From: Alphaproteobacteria bacterium
GTDB lineage: Bacteria > Pseudomonadota > Alphaproteobacteria > Micavibrionales > Micavibrionaceae
NCBI GenBank assembly: GCA_021776025.1
Contig: JAJFGR010000011.1
Location: 2,631-66,630 of the forward strand
Length of the DNA stretch: 64,000 nt
Direction of reading: 5' to 3'
The notes under the pieces are model-generated. The model ran no database searches. It had not been told where the DNA came from and saw nothing but the letters and a program-made list of their open reading frames with translations. Within the stretch, counting starts at the first letter, position 1, and each line of letters begins with the position of its first letter. Shown here one piece after another: positions 1 to 8,324 of the stretch. Both the position numbers and the translations under genes were made by a program.

Positions 1-505
1 GGGCGAGCACGCCTTCCAGTTCATCCTTGGTTAAAGAATTCATCAAACCGCGCGTGACGGTCACTGTGAAACTTTTCTGGTCAATGCCGCTGGCAAAGGC
101 GTTGCGGGCATGGGCCTCAATGATTTCCAAGTGCGGCATTGGGATGCCCGCGGTGATGGAGAGATTTTCGAGCAAGTTGTAAAATTCCGGCTCATCCTTA
201 CGCGTCACAGGGTGTGAATGCGCCAGTTTGCGAACTAGTTTTGTGTGGAAGAAAAACGCAACCATAAACCAGATGGCTACGCCAGCGAGAATGGCAGGCC
301 AATAGTTAAAAATGATGGCGTTGGCAAAATGAGTAGATTGCGCGGAAGCCGGGGCCATGACGCCGCTGTTTGACGCGCCGCCGACAATAAACGCGCAGAG
401 CCAGATAATGCCGATGATGAGCAACGGATAAAGTGCCAACATCGCCATAGATTTGACGTTGTTGTTCCAGATATGGGTTTGCAGTCCGACGACAGGGCTA
501 GCCAT
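1..505 (-). CDS. M48-family (HtpX-like) zinc metalloprotease, N-terminal part; the 3' end lies beyond the window start
   Basis: Absent from the ORF track because there is no stop codon in the window. Manual translation from the ATG at 505-503 gives MASPVVGLQTHIWNNNVKSMAMLALYPLLIIGIIWLCAF...TRGLMNSLTKDELEGVLA, open down to position 2. The sequence breaks off where an HExxH motif is expected. The start lies 4 nt downstream of the lemA stop, a common LemA/M48 pairing. Confidence 0.65.
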   Translation of the reverse strand, partial: MASPVVGLQTHIWNNNVKSMAMLALYPLLIIGIIWLCAFIVGGASNSGVMAPASAQSTHFANAIIFNYWPAILAGVAIWFMVAFFFHTKLVRKLAHSHPVTRKDEPEFYNLLENLSITAGIPMPHLEIIEAHARNAFASGIDQKSFTVTVTRGLMNSLTKDELEGVLA

Positions 506-508
506 TCG

Positions 509-1075
509 TTAGCCGAACTTTACGTCTGGGGCTTTTTCAAGAGTTTCGCGGTCGGCTTCATCAATTTCGAAAAACTCTTCTTTACCAAAACCGAGCGTCG
601 CGGCGAACAAAACGGCAGGGAATTGTTCGACAGAGGTATTGAGCTCCGCCGTTGCATTGTTGAAGAACCGGCGCGCTGCGGCGAGTTTGTTTTCGATATC
701 GGACAGCTCATCCATCAGCTTCTTAAACGTGCCGTCGGCTTTCAGATCCGGGTAGTTTTCCGCTACAGCATGGAGCGAAATCATGGCGCGGCTGAGCGCA
801 TTTTCCGCGGTAATTCGCTCTGACATGCCTTTTGCACCTGCCACACCAGCGCGGGCGTTGGTAACATTTTCCAGCACATCTTTTTCGTGGCTTGCATACC
901 CTTTAACGGTTTCAATCAAATTGGGGATGAGATCAAAGCGTTGTTTGAGCTGTACATCGATATCAGCAAATGATTGCTCGCGGTTCTGTCGCAAGGCCAC
1001 CAGCCGGTTGTAAATCATCACCAGCATGAAACCGACGACGACAATAAGACCTAAAATTACCCATAGTCCATCCAT
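509..1075 (-). CDS. lemA: LemA family membrane protein
   Basis: 188 aa with an N-terminal TM helix, followed by YNRLVALRQNREQSFADIDVQLKQRFDLIPNL, typical of LemA. Confidence 0.9.
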   Translation of the reverse strand: MDGLWVILGLIVVVGFMLVMIYNRLVALRQNREQSFADIDVQLKQRFDLIPNLIETVKGYASHEKDVLENVTNARAGVAGAKGMSERITAENALSRAMISLHAVAENYPDLKADGTFKKLMDELSDIENKLAAARRFFNNATAELNTSVEQFPAVLFAATLGFGKEEFFEIDEADRETLEKAPDVKFG

Positions 1076-1148
1076 AATTCTCTCCTTATAAAGGGCTTTA
1101 CCCTTTTTTTATTACGTATAGGGATTATACTAAATCATTATTTAGGGA

Positions 1149-2405
1149 ATGAGTCGAGAACAGCTGAGCATGTCACTTTTTACCACATCACAATTTGCAT
1201 CATCGGCGGCCGGCGGTTCAGACTGGCGGGAAGCGGCGAAAGCTGTACTTGAAGATTTGGGCGAAGCGGGCCCGTCAGAGAATTATTTTAATTTCGGGTT
1301 CCTTTATATTTCAGACCTGCTAGCGGAGGACGCCGAAAGCATTCTTAATCTGTTTAAATCTGTTTTGAATATTGAAAACTGGGTTGGCGGCATTGGCATT
1401 GGTGTATGCGCCAATGGAGAAGGGTTTATCGATAAACCGGCCATTTCTGCGATGATTGGGAAGTTCGATGAAGATGAATTCCAGATTTTCCCGCCGATTA
1501 ATTTAGAACCGGATGAAGCCGATGCTCTATTGAAACCTTGGCTGGATGAGCACGAGCCAATGCTGGTTTTTGTCAATGGAGATCCGATGACCGAAGAAGA
1601 CCCGGCGCTAATCCTGAAAAATTTGGACATACTATGCGGCGGGTTTATGGTTGGCGGGCTTACATCTTCGCGGCAAACGCATGCCCAGTTTGCCGGCGAA
1701 TTTTACGAGGGTGGACTTTGCGGCGCGGTATTTTCCAGCGCCATTCCTGTCGCCAGCACTTTATCGCAAGGGTGCACTATCATTAGTGAAATGCATACGA
1801 TTACGCGCTGTGATGGCCATGAGGTGATCGAGCTTGATGAACTGCCGGCTGCCGAAGTTTTCGAGCAAGATTTACGCTCGATGGTCATTAAAAAGATTGA
1901 TGTTGATCCTGATAGCGTTCTTGTTGATGAAAAGTCCTTAGAAGACCCGCAGGCGCTGCCGGAAGAGTTTCACTCTCTAGTTAAAGGTGAGGTTCATGCA
2001 GCCTTGCCGATCTCTGAATCCGATGGCAATGATTATCTTGTACGCAATATTATCGGCATGGACCCTGATGATGGGGCAATGACAATAGCGCAACATGTTT
2101 ACAATGGTGGCCGCTTGATGTTTGTCCACCGCGATCATGATAGTGTTTATAGTGATTTGAGCGCTAATTTGCTGGAACTGCGCAAGCGTGTAAAGAAGGA
2201 AACTGGCGGGTTTGAGCCAAAAGGTGCGCTTTATGTTTCGTGCGTTGCACGGGCCTTTAATGAATTTGATGGCGATCACAAGAATGAAATGGAGCTGATC
2301 CATGACATTATTGGCGATGTGCCTTTAACCGGGTTTTATGCCGGGGGGGAGATTAATAAAGGCCGTCTTTATGGCTATACTGGTATTTTAACACTGTTTT
2401 TGTAA
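1149..2405 (+). CDS. FIST-domain sensory/signalling protein
   Basis: 418 aa, cytoplasmic, with a FIST_C-like C-terminal ending (LTGFYAGGEI). The start may be a downstream Met. Confidence 0.6.
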   Translation: MSREQLSMSLFTTSQFASSAAGGSDWREAAKAVLEDLGEAGPSENYFNFGFLYISDLLAEDAESILNLFKSVLNIENWVGGIGIGVCANGEGFIDKPAISAMIGKFDEDEFQIFPPINLEPDEADALLKPWLDEHEPMLVFVNGDPMTEEDPALILKNLDILCGGFMVGGLTSSRQTHAQFAGEFYEGGLCGAVFSSAIPVASTLSQGCTIISEMHTITRCDGHEVIELDELPAAEVFEQDLRSMVIKKIDVDPDSVLVDEKSLEDPQALPEEFHSLVKGEVHAALPISESDGNDYLVRNIIGMDPDDGAMTIAQHVYNGGRLMFVHRDHDSVYSDLSANLLELRKRVKKETGGFEPKGALYVSCVARAFNEFDGDHKNEMELIHDIIGDVPLTGFYAGGEINKGRLYGYTGILTLFL

Positions 2406-2456
2406 GATAAATGCGCTAAAGTTATTTTATAACAGAACCAAAAGGATACGCTTAAT

Positions 2457-3302
2457 ATGAGCAAAATTTTTGCAGTTTTCACTCTTGTTTTATTCCTCGG
2501 CGCTATGCCCGCTTTTGCACAAAGCACCGATCCTTTGCCTGAACTCCCTGAGCCCATTCAAAATTTAGTGAGCGAAGGGGCGCAGATTCGTTATCTGGGC
2601 AAAGACAACAACATGGATGCGTGGCTGACCATCAAGAATGGCGTTGAACAATATTTCTACGTGCTTCCCGATCGCAGCGCCTTTGTAATGGGTGTAATGT
2701 TCGATAAGAGCGGAAAGCTGGTGACCGTTCAACAGGTTGACCGCCTGCGCTCACAGGGTGACACTTTACTCGATACGCTGGCCGAATTTCCTGAAGCTGA
2801 TAACGCAACAAAGAACAAGCCTTTTGAATTTCAAACCCCGGCTGAGCAGATGTTTTCAGACATTGAAAGCAGTAATTGGATTGCCTTGGGGCAACCTGGC
2901 GCGCCGGTGATGTATAGCTTCATCGACCCGCAATGCACGCATTGTCACGCTTTTATCCGTAGTCTTCAGGCCGAGAAATATTTTGAGAAGGCGCAAATTC
3001 AATTGCGGATGATTCCGGTTGGGTTTAAAGAGCAAACACGGGCACAAGCCGCGTTTTTGATCGCCTCGCCAAACCCACAAGACCGCTGGTTTAAGCATAT
3101 GGATGGTGATGAAAACGCCCTGCCCGCGAAAACAGAGATTAATCAGCAAGGCGTACAGCGCAATTTGGCGATTATGCAGTCATGGAAATTTAATGTTACG
3201 CCGATGATTATTTACCGTGGCCGCGATGGCAGCGTAAAGCTGGTCCGTGGAAAGCCTGAAGACTTGTCTGGTGTCATAGCGGATTTGGCCGCGCCGGGCT
3301 AA
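2457..3302 (+). CDS. periplasmic thiol:disulfide interchange protein, DsbC/DsbG-like
   Basis: Signal peptide MSKIFAVFTLVLFLGAMPAFAQ. Thioredoxin-type active site FIDPQCTHCH. Its 281 aa length fits an N-terminal dimerisation domain plus a Trx fold. Confidence 0.7.
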   Translation: MSKIFAVFTLVLFLGAMPAFAQSTDPLPELPEPIQNLVSEGAQIRYLGKDNNMDAWLTIKNGVEQYFYVLPDRSAFVMGVMFDKSGKLVTVQQVDRLRSQGDTLLDTLAEFPEADNATKNKPFEFQTPAEQMFSDIESSNWIALGQPGAPVMYSFIDPQCTHCHAFIRSLQAEKYFEKAQIQLRMIPVGFKEQTRAQAAFLIASPNPQDRWFKHMDGDENALPAKTEINQQGVQRNLAIMQSWKFNVTPMIIYRGRDGSVKLVRGKPEDLSGVIADLAAPG

Positions 3303-3449
3303 GGCTCGAATAAGGCTTGGGCTAAAAGTAGATTATCGACGAGAAGCCTTGTCCCCGCCCCTAAATCCAATTTATACTTAGAGTGTCAGGGGTTCTGGTT
3401 TTTCAAACTTTGCCCTTTAAGAAACACACGCATAAAGAACCTTTCGAGT

Positions 3450-4697
3450 ATGGATCAACGCGCGGCTTATCTTCTGCAGATTTTAGAGACTATCGGCTCT
3501 CCTTTGATGAGTGCGATTGTAAGCGCTGCGCCTGCTTCAGATGGGCCACCTGACGGGCAAAGTGACGCCCAAACGATGGCGGCATTGCTGGCGAAGACTG
3601 TTGAGGGGAGCATCGAGCTTGGCAATATCATGGACATTAACCCTGCTGAGGCACAAGACGATACGCTCCGTGTCGCATTGGCAGGACTCGCAGGACCGCT
3701 AATTGCCGGACAGTATGAAAAGCGTGGACAAATTCCCGAAAGCCCCAACATCAAAAATATTACAGGAGCGCTACAGGCTGCTCTAACATTTTCGGATAAT
3801 TTTGCGCCTACACCCGAGACGGTGGAGCGTCTTAAAAACCTTCAGGCCTCCGGGCAGGTTGCCGATACATATCAGACGCAGATTCAATATATGCAGGCTT
3901 TTATTCCTGTGATCGAGGCAATTGCGGCCTTTCCATTTGGGCAGGCCGAAGCAAAGCTGATTATGGATGTGAGCGAACGGCTGGTGAAAAGGTCGGTCGA
4001 GCTACGCGAAGCTTTACTGCCGAATATAGATGACGAGGCAGCGCAGAAGCGCATTGAGCTTGGTTTTCTTCGGGCGCTGGCGCAGCTTTATAGCGCGTGT
4101 CACAAAGGTGAGACTGAAAAAGTTTTGGGCATGGACGCGGAAGCCCGCACGGACACTCTCAGTATGGAGCCTGTATGGAATGCTTTTGATCTGCGCGCAG
4201 CGATGCTGGAAGCGCTGGCTGTGAAAATGGCACCCGAAGGACAGGGCAGCAGTTCGGGCGGCGGTCAAGCGCCCAACATCCCTGTCACAGCGCCACCTGT
4301 TGCGGTTGAGCCACCTCCGGCAGCGCCCATTAATACGCCGCCGGTACAGGCGGAAAGCGTGCCCCCGCCTCCACCACCACAAGAACCGCCGCCTGCTCAA
4401 GCCCAGCAGCAAGGCGCTAACCCCATGTCCATGTTTGCCAAACCTAAAGCAGAGGCAGATGAAACGCCCCCGGCTGCGCCCGCAGCAGCGCCGACAGAGT
4501 CTCCTGCGGCAACTCCGCCGCCGCAAGAACAACCGCCTGCCGAACCTGTGCAAGAATCTCCTCCTCCTCCGCCTGCGATCCCTCCGGAACAACCTCCAGC
4601 TGCTCCGCCAGTGGAGACAAATCAGCAAAACGGCGAACAGAGCGGTAGCAGCGGCAGTCCGATGAGCTTCTTCAAAAAAGATGAGGAGGAAGAGTAA
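3450..4697 (+). CDS. hypothetical protein: ~250-aa helical N-domain plus a ~160-aa Pro-rich tail with an acidic C-terminus
   Basis: Long ORF with sustained coding in one frame. The tail is P/A/Q/E-rich and contains PMSMFAKPK and a terminal PMSFFKKDEEEE. No signal peptide or TM helix is obvious. Confidence 0.6.
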   Translation: MDQRAAYLLQILETIGSPLMSAIVSAAPASDGPPDGQSDAQTMAALLAKTVEGSIELGNIMDINPAEAQDDTLRVALAGLAGPLIAGQYEKRGQIPESPNIKNITGALQAALTFSDNFAPTPETVERLKNLQASGQVADTYQTQIQYMQAFIPVIEAIAAFPFGQAEAKLIMDVSERLVKRSVELREALLPNIDDEAAQKRIELGFLRALAQLYSACHKGETEKVLGMDAEARTDTLSMEPVWNAFDLRAAMLEALAVKMAPEGQGSSSGGGQAPNIPVTAPPVAVEPPPAAPINTPPVQAESVPPPPPPQEPPPAQAQQQGANPMSMFAKPKAEADETPPAAPAAAPTESPAATPPPQEQPPAEPVQESPPPPPAIPPEQPPAAPPVETNQQNGEQSGSSGSPMSFFKKDEEEE

Positions 4698-4700
4698 AAT

Positions 4701-5117
4701 ATGGTTGCCAGTAAAATTCTTGCTGCGTGTTTAATGCTTGCTTCACAGACCTATTCGGTGCCGCCGGCTGTGCTTGTTGGCATATATAAAGCTGAAGGCG
4801 GACAGGTGGGCCAAGAAGTTCTCAACACAAACGGCACCTATGATTTGGGGCCGATGCAAATTAATACAATATGGATGCCGGACCTAGCCAAGCGCTGGGG
4901 CGTGAGTGAAGCCACTGCACAGAAATGGGTGCGCGACGATGCGTGTACCAATGTCGGCGTGGCCGCGTGGATTTTCAAAGGCCATTTAGATGAAACCGGC
5001 AGCCTTTCCAAAGCCATTGCTCATTATCACTCCCGCACGCCGCATTACGGCAAGCGTTATAAAAGCCGGGTGATTAATATTATGAAAGATAACGGCTTGA
5101 TCAAAACCAAGCAATAA
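4701..5117 (+). CDS. lytic transglycosylase (SLT domain, VirB1/IagB-like)
   Basis: 138 aa with a signal-like N-terminus. Motifs YKAEGG, YDLGPMQINTIW and AIAHYHS are typical of specialised secretion-system muramidases. Confidence 0.8.
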   Translation: MVASKILAACLMLASQTYSVPPAVLVGIYKAEGGQVGQEVLNTNGTYDLGPMQINTIWMPDLAKRWGVSEATAQKWVRDDACTNVGVAAWIFKGHLDETGSLSKAIAHYHSRTPHYGKRYKSRVINIMKDNGLIKTKQ

Positions 5118-5297
5118 ACCGCACTAGAATTTATTTTCAAAGGTTTTTTTTAATCAGGCCTGTGGGCAGTTTTAGCGGCCTGCTTGCGGAGAATAAACGA
5201 AGCCGTTAATCTTGATTTGATAGAATTCTTTTTAATGATTGCGATATGCTTTCGCTGGTCAGATCAACATTTCCGAGTAATAGGCTTTTTAAGTTCA

Positions 5298-5810
5298 ATG
5301 CGCAGAACATCTTTTCTTTCAACATTTTTGTTTATCGCTTTAGCTGCGGGTGGTTCTGCCTGTTCCAGTTTGGAAAAACACAGCAATGACGAACCGCAAA
5401 TTGTTGCCGCTCCTGATAATGTGAGCGCTATGCTGGCCAGCGCCGCGGACCGCGCGTCTACTGCGCTTCAGACTTTAGCCGCAATTGAATCCACACGCAC
5501 GCCCGCGACCAATATTGGCCCGGTCGGTAATGCGCCGAGCGAACTTCGCCGGGCGATTACAGTGAACTGGATTGGCCCGGCCGAACCGATTACAAACACA
5601 CTGGCAGAGCGCGCCGGGTACCAGTTTCTGACGATCGGTACACCGCCGCCTATTCCGACGGTTGTTTCCGTTGATGTTGAAAACCGTCCGGTGATTGATG
5701 TGCTGCGCAATATTGGACTGCAGCTTGGCGGGCGCGGTGATATAAAGGTTGATAGCCAGCAACGCATCATAGAAATTCACTACACGCCAAACACTGGTGT
5801 GGGCGGATAG
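5298..5810 (+). CDS. dotD: DotD-like outer-membrane lipoprotein (type IVB secretion)
   Basis: Start trimmed to the ATG at 5298 (MRRTSFLSTFLFIALAAGGSAC, lipobox-like). The 170-aa size matches DotD. The C-terminal secretin-N0-like segment reads ITVNWIGPAEPITNTLAERAGYQF...VIDVLRNIGLQLG. It sits directly upstream of dotC-dotB, as in Legionella dotDCB. Confidence 0.7.
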   Translation: MRRTSFLSTFLFIALAAGGSACSSLEKHSNDEPQIVAAPDNVSAMLASAADRASTALQTLAAIESTRTPATNIGPVGNAPSELRRAITVNWIGPAEPITNTLAERAGYQFLTIGTPPPIPTVVSVDVENRPVIDVLRNIGLQLGGRGDIKVDSQQRIIEIHYTPNTGVGG

Positions 5811-5827
5811 GATAAAGGTCTTTTCCA

Positions 5828-6676
5828 ATGCGCAAACTTTTAGTCCGATACTCTTTGTCGATTTGTGCGGCAGTTTTTCTGTCTCTGCCGTTGCAAAGCA
5901 TTGCTTATGCCACGAGCACTGACGATAAAATGCCGAGCGCGCCCCTGACGCTGAACCAACTTCAAACATTAGAAAAAGAAAACACACTGGGTGAAGATGA
6001 CGGGTTGCCGCTTGATATACGCCGCGATGCGATTAAGGAAGCTGCTATTTCCCTAGGTGCGCGAGGCGGTTTGGCGTGGCGTTCTTTTGCTATCCGCCAA
6101 GAATTGGAACAGCGTGCGCGTTATATGGATAAGGTTTTTGATTTTCGCCAGCTGTTGATTGCCGCGCCTTCGGGCCTGCTCATCGAACCGCCAATTATTA
6201 ATGAATCTATCAATAGTATGTTGATTGAAGGCGATGGTCAGCAAGCGGCAGTTTCCGACAGAATTTATAACATTACTAATAATGCGAAAATCGTCTCAAC
6301 ATCGCGGACATGGCGTAATTATTTAGAAAGAAATTGGGGGGTTGTTGAGTCTCCACCTGACATTTTGCGGCCAGAAGACGATGAGGAACGTGCAATCTGG
6401 GTTGAATTGGTTACTAAGGGCTGGGAAGAAGGCGTGAGGCAGGCAAATGACATTTTTGAAGACGATCTTAATATTCTGATTGCGGACTATGAAGGCATGG
6501 TGCGTTACCGTATGCTGCTAGCTCAAGGCATGGTTTCACAGCCCTATGCTCTTCAAGTTGATCGTGGGATTACCGGCGACGGCATGGAAATGCGCGTTGG
6601 AGACCGCGCAATACAAATCACAGGTGTCCCAGAGTTGATGACAGGATCGGATCAATGGAAGCCCGCAAGCCGATAA
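5828..6676 (+). CDS. dotC: DotC-like type IVB secretion protein
   Basis: 282 aa with a signal peptide. The blocks AISLGARGGLAWRSFAIRQELEQRARYMDKVFDFRQLLI and RYRMLLAQGMVSQPYALQVDRGITGDGMEMRVGDRAIQITGVPEL are collinear with DotC as I recall it. Flanked by dotD and dotB. Confidence 0.75.
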   Translation: MRKLLVRYSLSICAAVFLSLPLQSIAYATSTDDKMPSAPLTLNQLQTLEKENTLGEDDGLPLDIRRDAIKEAAISLGARGGLAWRSFAIRQELEQRARYMDKVFDFRQLLIAAPSGLLIEPPIINESINSMLIEGDGQQAAVSDRIYNITNNAKIVSTSRTWRNYLERNWGVVESPPDILRPEDDEERAIWVELVTKGWEEGVRQANDIFEDDLNILIADYEGMVRYRMLLAQGMVSQPYALQVDRGITGDGMEMRVGDRAIQITGVPELMTGSDQWKPASR

Positions 6677-7812
6677 GCCTCCTCAAACCTGAGGACAATT
6701 TTGCAGAGACATGGCCCGACGAACCCGACAGGTTTGCCGAGGAAATGGTTGACCCTTTGCTGATGTGGTGCGTGAAGCAAAATTCCTCTGACATTACAAT
6801 TCAATCAGACCGCCCGGTTTATAATGAAATTCACGGGTCTCTTTATCCGGGAACTTTTCGTGATATTGATGCGGCAGATATGGCGGTCTTCCTCACGAAA
6901 ATTTATGGCCCAGAGGCTTTGGCGCGCCTTGCTTCCGGACGAGATCTTGATGTTTCATATGAAATTCGGCCAGACCGTTATACCCGCGTTCGTTTTCGGG
7001 TGAACATTACGGCGATCCTTTCCAAGGGGCGCGATTCGGCACAAATTACTATGCGGGTATTGCCTAGCGAACCGCCGACTTTCAAAGATTTGGGGATCGA
7101 GCAGGAAATTATCGATGCTTGGGCCCCTCGGCAAGGGCTTGTGGTTATTACAGGGCCAACAGGTTCGGGGAAAACGACATTGTTGGCGGCCGGTAACCGT
7201 TTTCTGTTAGAGCGGCCTGAGGGCTGCGGTAAAATGCTGACTTATGAAGCACCCATCGAATATGTTTATGACGCGATTAAAAGCCCTCGTTCGCTGGTCT
7301 CCCAAAGTGAAATTCCGCGGCATTTGCCGGATTTTGCCCATGGTGTACGCAATGCGCTGCGCCGGAAGCCTGAGGTTATTCTTGTTGGCGAGTCGAGAGA
7401 CCGGGAAACAATTAACGCCTCTATTGAAGCCTCACAGACTGGACATGCGGTCTATACGACAACGCATACAACAGGCGTTGCAGCAACAATTTCACGGATG
7501 CTCTCTAGTTATGATATGAGCGAGCGCGAAGAACGTGCGATTGCGCTGATGGAAACATTACGCCTGGTTGTTACCCAAGCGCTTGTTCCGCGTCAAGGCG
7601 GGGGCAGATGCGGGGTTCGCGAGTGGATGAAGTTTCCCGATGAAGTTCGGGAAAAGCTGATGGATATGGATTTCACGGAATGGCCAAATGAAATTCAACG
7701 CATGATCAATCAATATGGGCAAACTATGCAAAGATCGGCTGAAATTGTGTTTGAAGCTGGCATTATTGATCGTCGGCATTATCTATTACTCTCCTCCAGC
7801 ACCGGCGCTTAA
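6655..7812 (+). CDS. dotB: DotB secretion ATPase (PilT/VirB11 superfamily)
   Basis: 385 aa. Walker A is GPTGSGKTT, and ILVGESRD and QTGHAVYTTTHT match the Asp and His boxes. Overlaps the dotC stop by 22 nt. Confidence 0.85.
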   Translation: MEARKPISLLKPEDNFAETWPDEPDRFAEEMVDPLLMWCVKQNSSDITIQSDRPVYNEIHGSLYPGTFRDIDAADMAVFLTKIYGPEALARLASGRDLDVSYEIRPDRYTRVRFRVNITAILSKGRDSAQITMRVLPSEPPTFKDLGIEQEIIDAWAPRQGLVVITGPTGSGKTTLLAAGNRFLLERPEGCGKMLTYEAPIEYVYDAIKSPRSLVSQSEIPRHLPDFAHGVRNALRRKPEVILVGESRDRETINASIEASQTGHAVYTTTHTTGVAATISRMLSSYDMSEREERAIALMETLRLVVTQALVPRQGGGRCGVREWMKFPDEVREKLMDMDFTEWPNEIQRMINQYGQTMQRSAEIVFEAGIIDRRHYLLLSSSTGA

Positions 7813-7901
7813 TTTATTCTTACCATCCTAACGCCGCGTTAACATTTACCGCGGTAAGATTTTCTTATATAGTAAAAGCTTAATAAGGAGTTTTTCCGGG
7901 T

Positions 7902-8207
7902 ATGGCCGCTGAACAAATTGAGAATCTTCAAGAAAAAATGAACTGGCACTGGCGCAATTCCATGCGCACGGTTCGATTTTTTGCTTTTGATGCGCGGGCG
8001 TCTTTTCCTGCTATTTTGTTACTGTTTCGCCTTGCGGACTGGCGGTTTTGGGCATTGTTTATCTTTAACCTGTTTTTGTTTCGTTTTCTGGAAAATAAAG
8101 GGCTGACCGTTCCTTCTGCACTTAGAAATTTCAGATCATGGATTGTCGGAGCCGAGAGACCGGGCTGGCTTTCTGTGCAGCGCCGTAAATTCATCGATTA
8201 CGGTTAA
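7902..8207 (+). CDS. icmT: IcmT/TraK-like small inner-membrane protein
   Basis: 101 aa. WHWRNSMRTVRFFAFDARASFPAILLLF followed by TM helices is the IcmT-type pattern. It follows dotB as traK follows traJ in IncI systems. An alternative start lies at Met13 (7938). Confidence 0.65.
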   Translation: MAAEQIENLQEKMNWHWRNSMRTVRFFAFDARASFPAILLLFRLADWRFWALFIFNLFLFRFLENKGLTVPSALRNFRSWIVGAERPGWLSVQRRKFIDYG

Positions 8208-8324
8208 TTTTCTTCTGGTCGATAATCTTAAGTTTTTTCGTAAGCCAACGCTTGTTTTTTAAAACGTGGCGTTTTATGGTCAAAGCTGTTTTCAATCATA
8301 TAAAAGCTTAAGGAACCATTCACG

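Noticed and set aside
4014-4665. Arg-rich ORFs, 204 aa on the minus strand (4014-4628) and 121 aa on the plus strand (4300-4665), overlapping the Pro-rich tail of the 3450-4697 gene.
   Set aside because: These are frame and antisense shadows of CCG/CCT-rich proline coding. Their RRRR/CRR low-complexity composition is not protein-like, and the 3450-4697 frame is the coherent one.
7846-7857. 12-bp perfect palindrome TTACCGCGGTAA followed by GATTTTCTT, after dotB, as a possible terminator.
   Set aside because: The stem would be only ~4-5 bp with a CGCG loop, and the U-tract is interrupted. That is too weak to annotate, and icmT follows 45 nt later and is probably co-transcribed.
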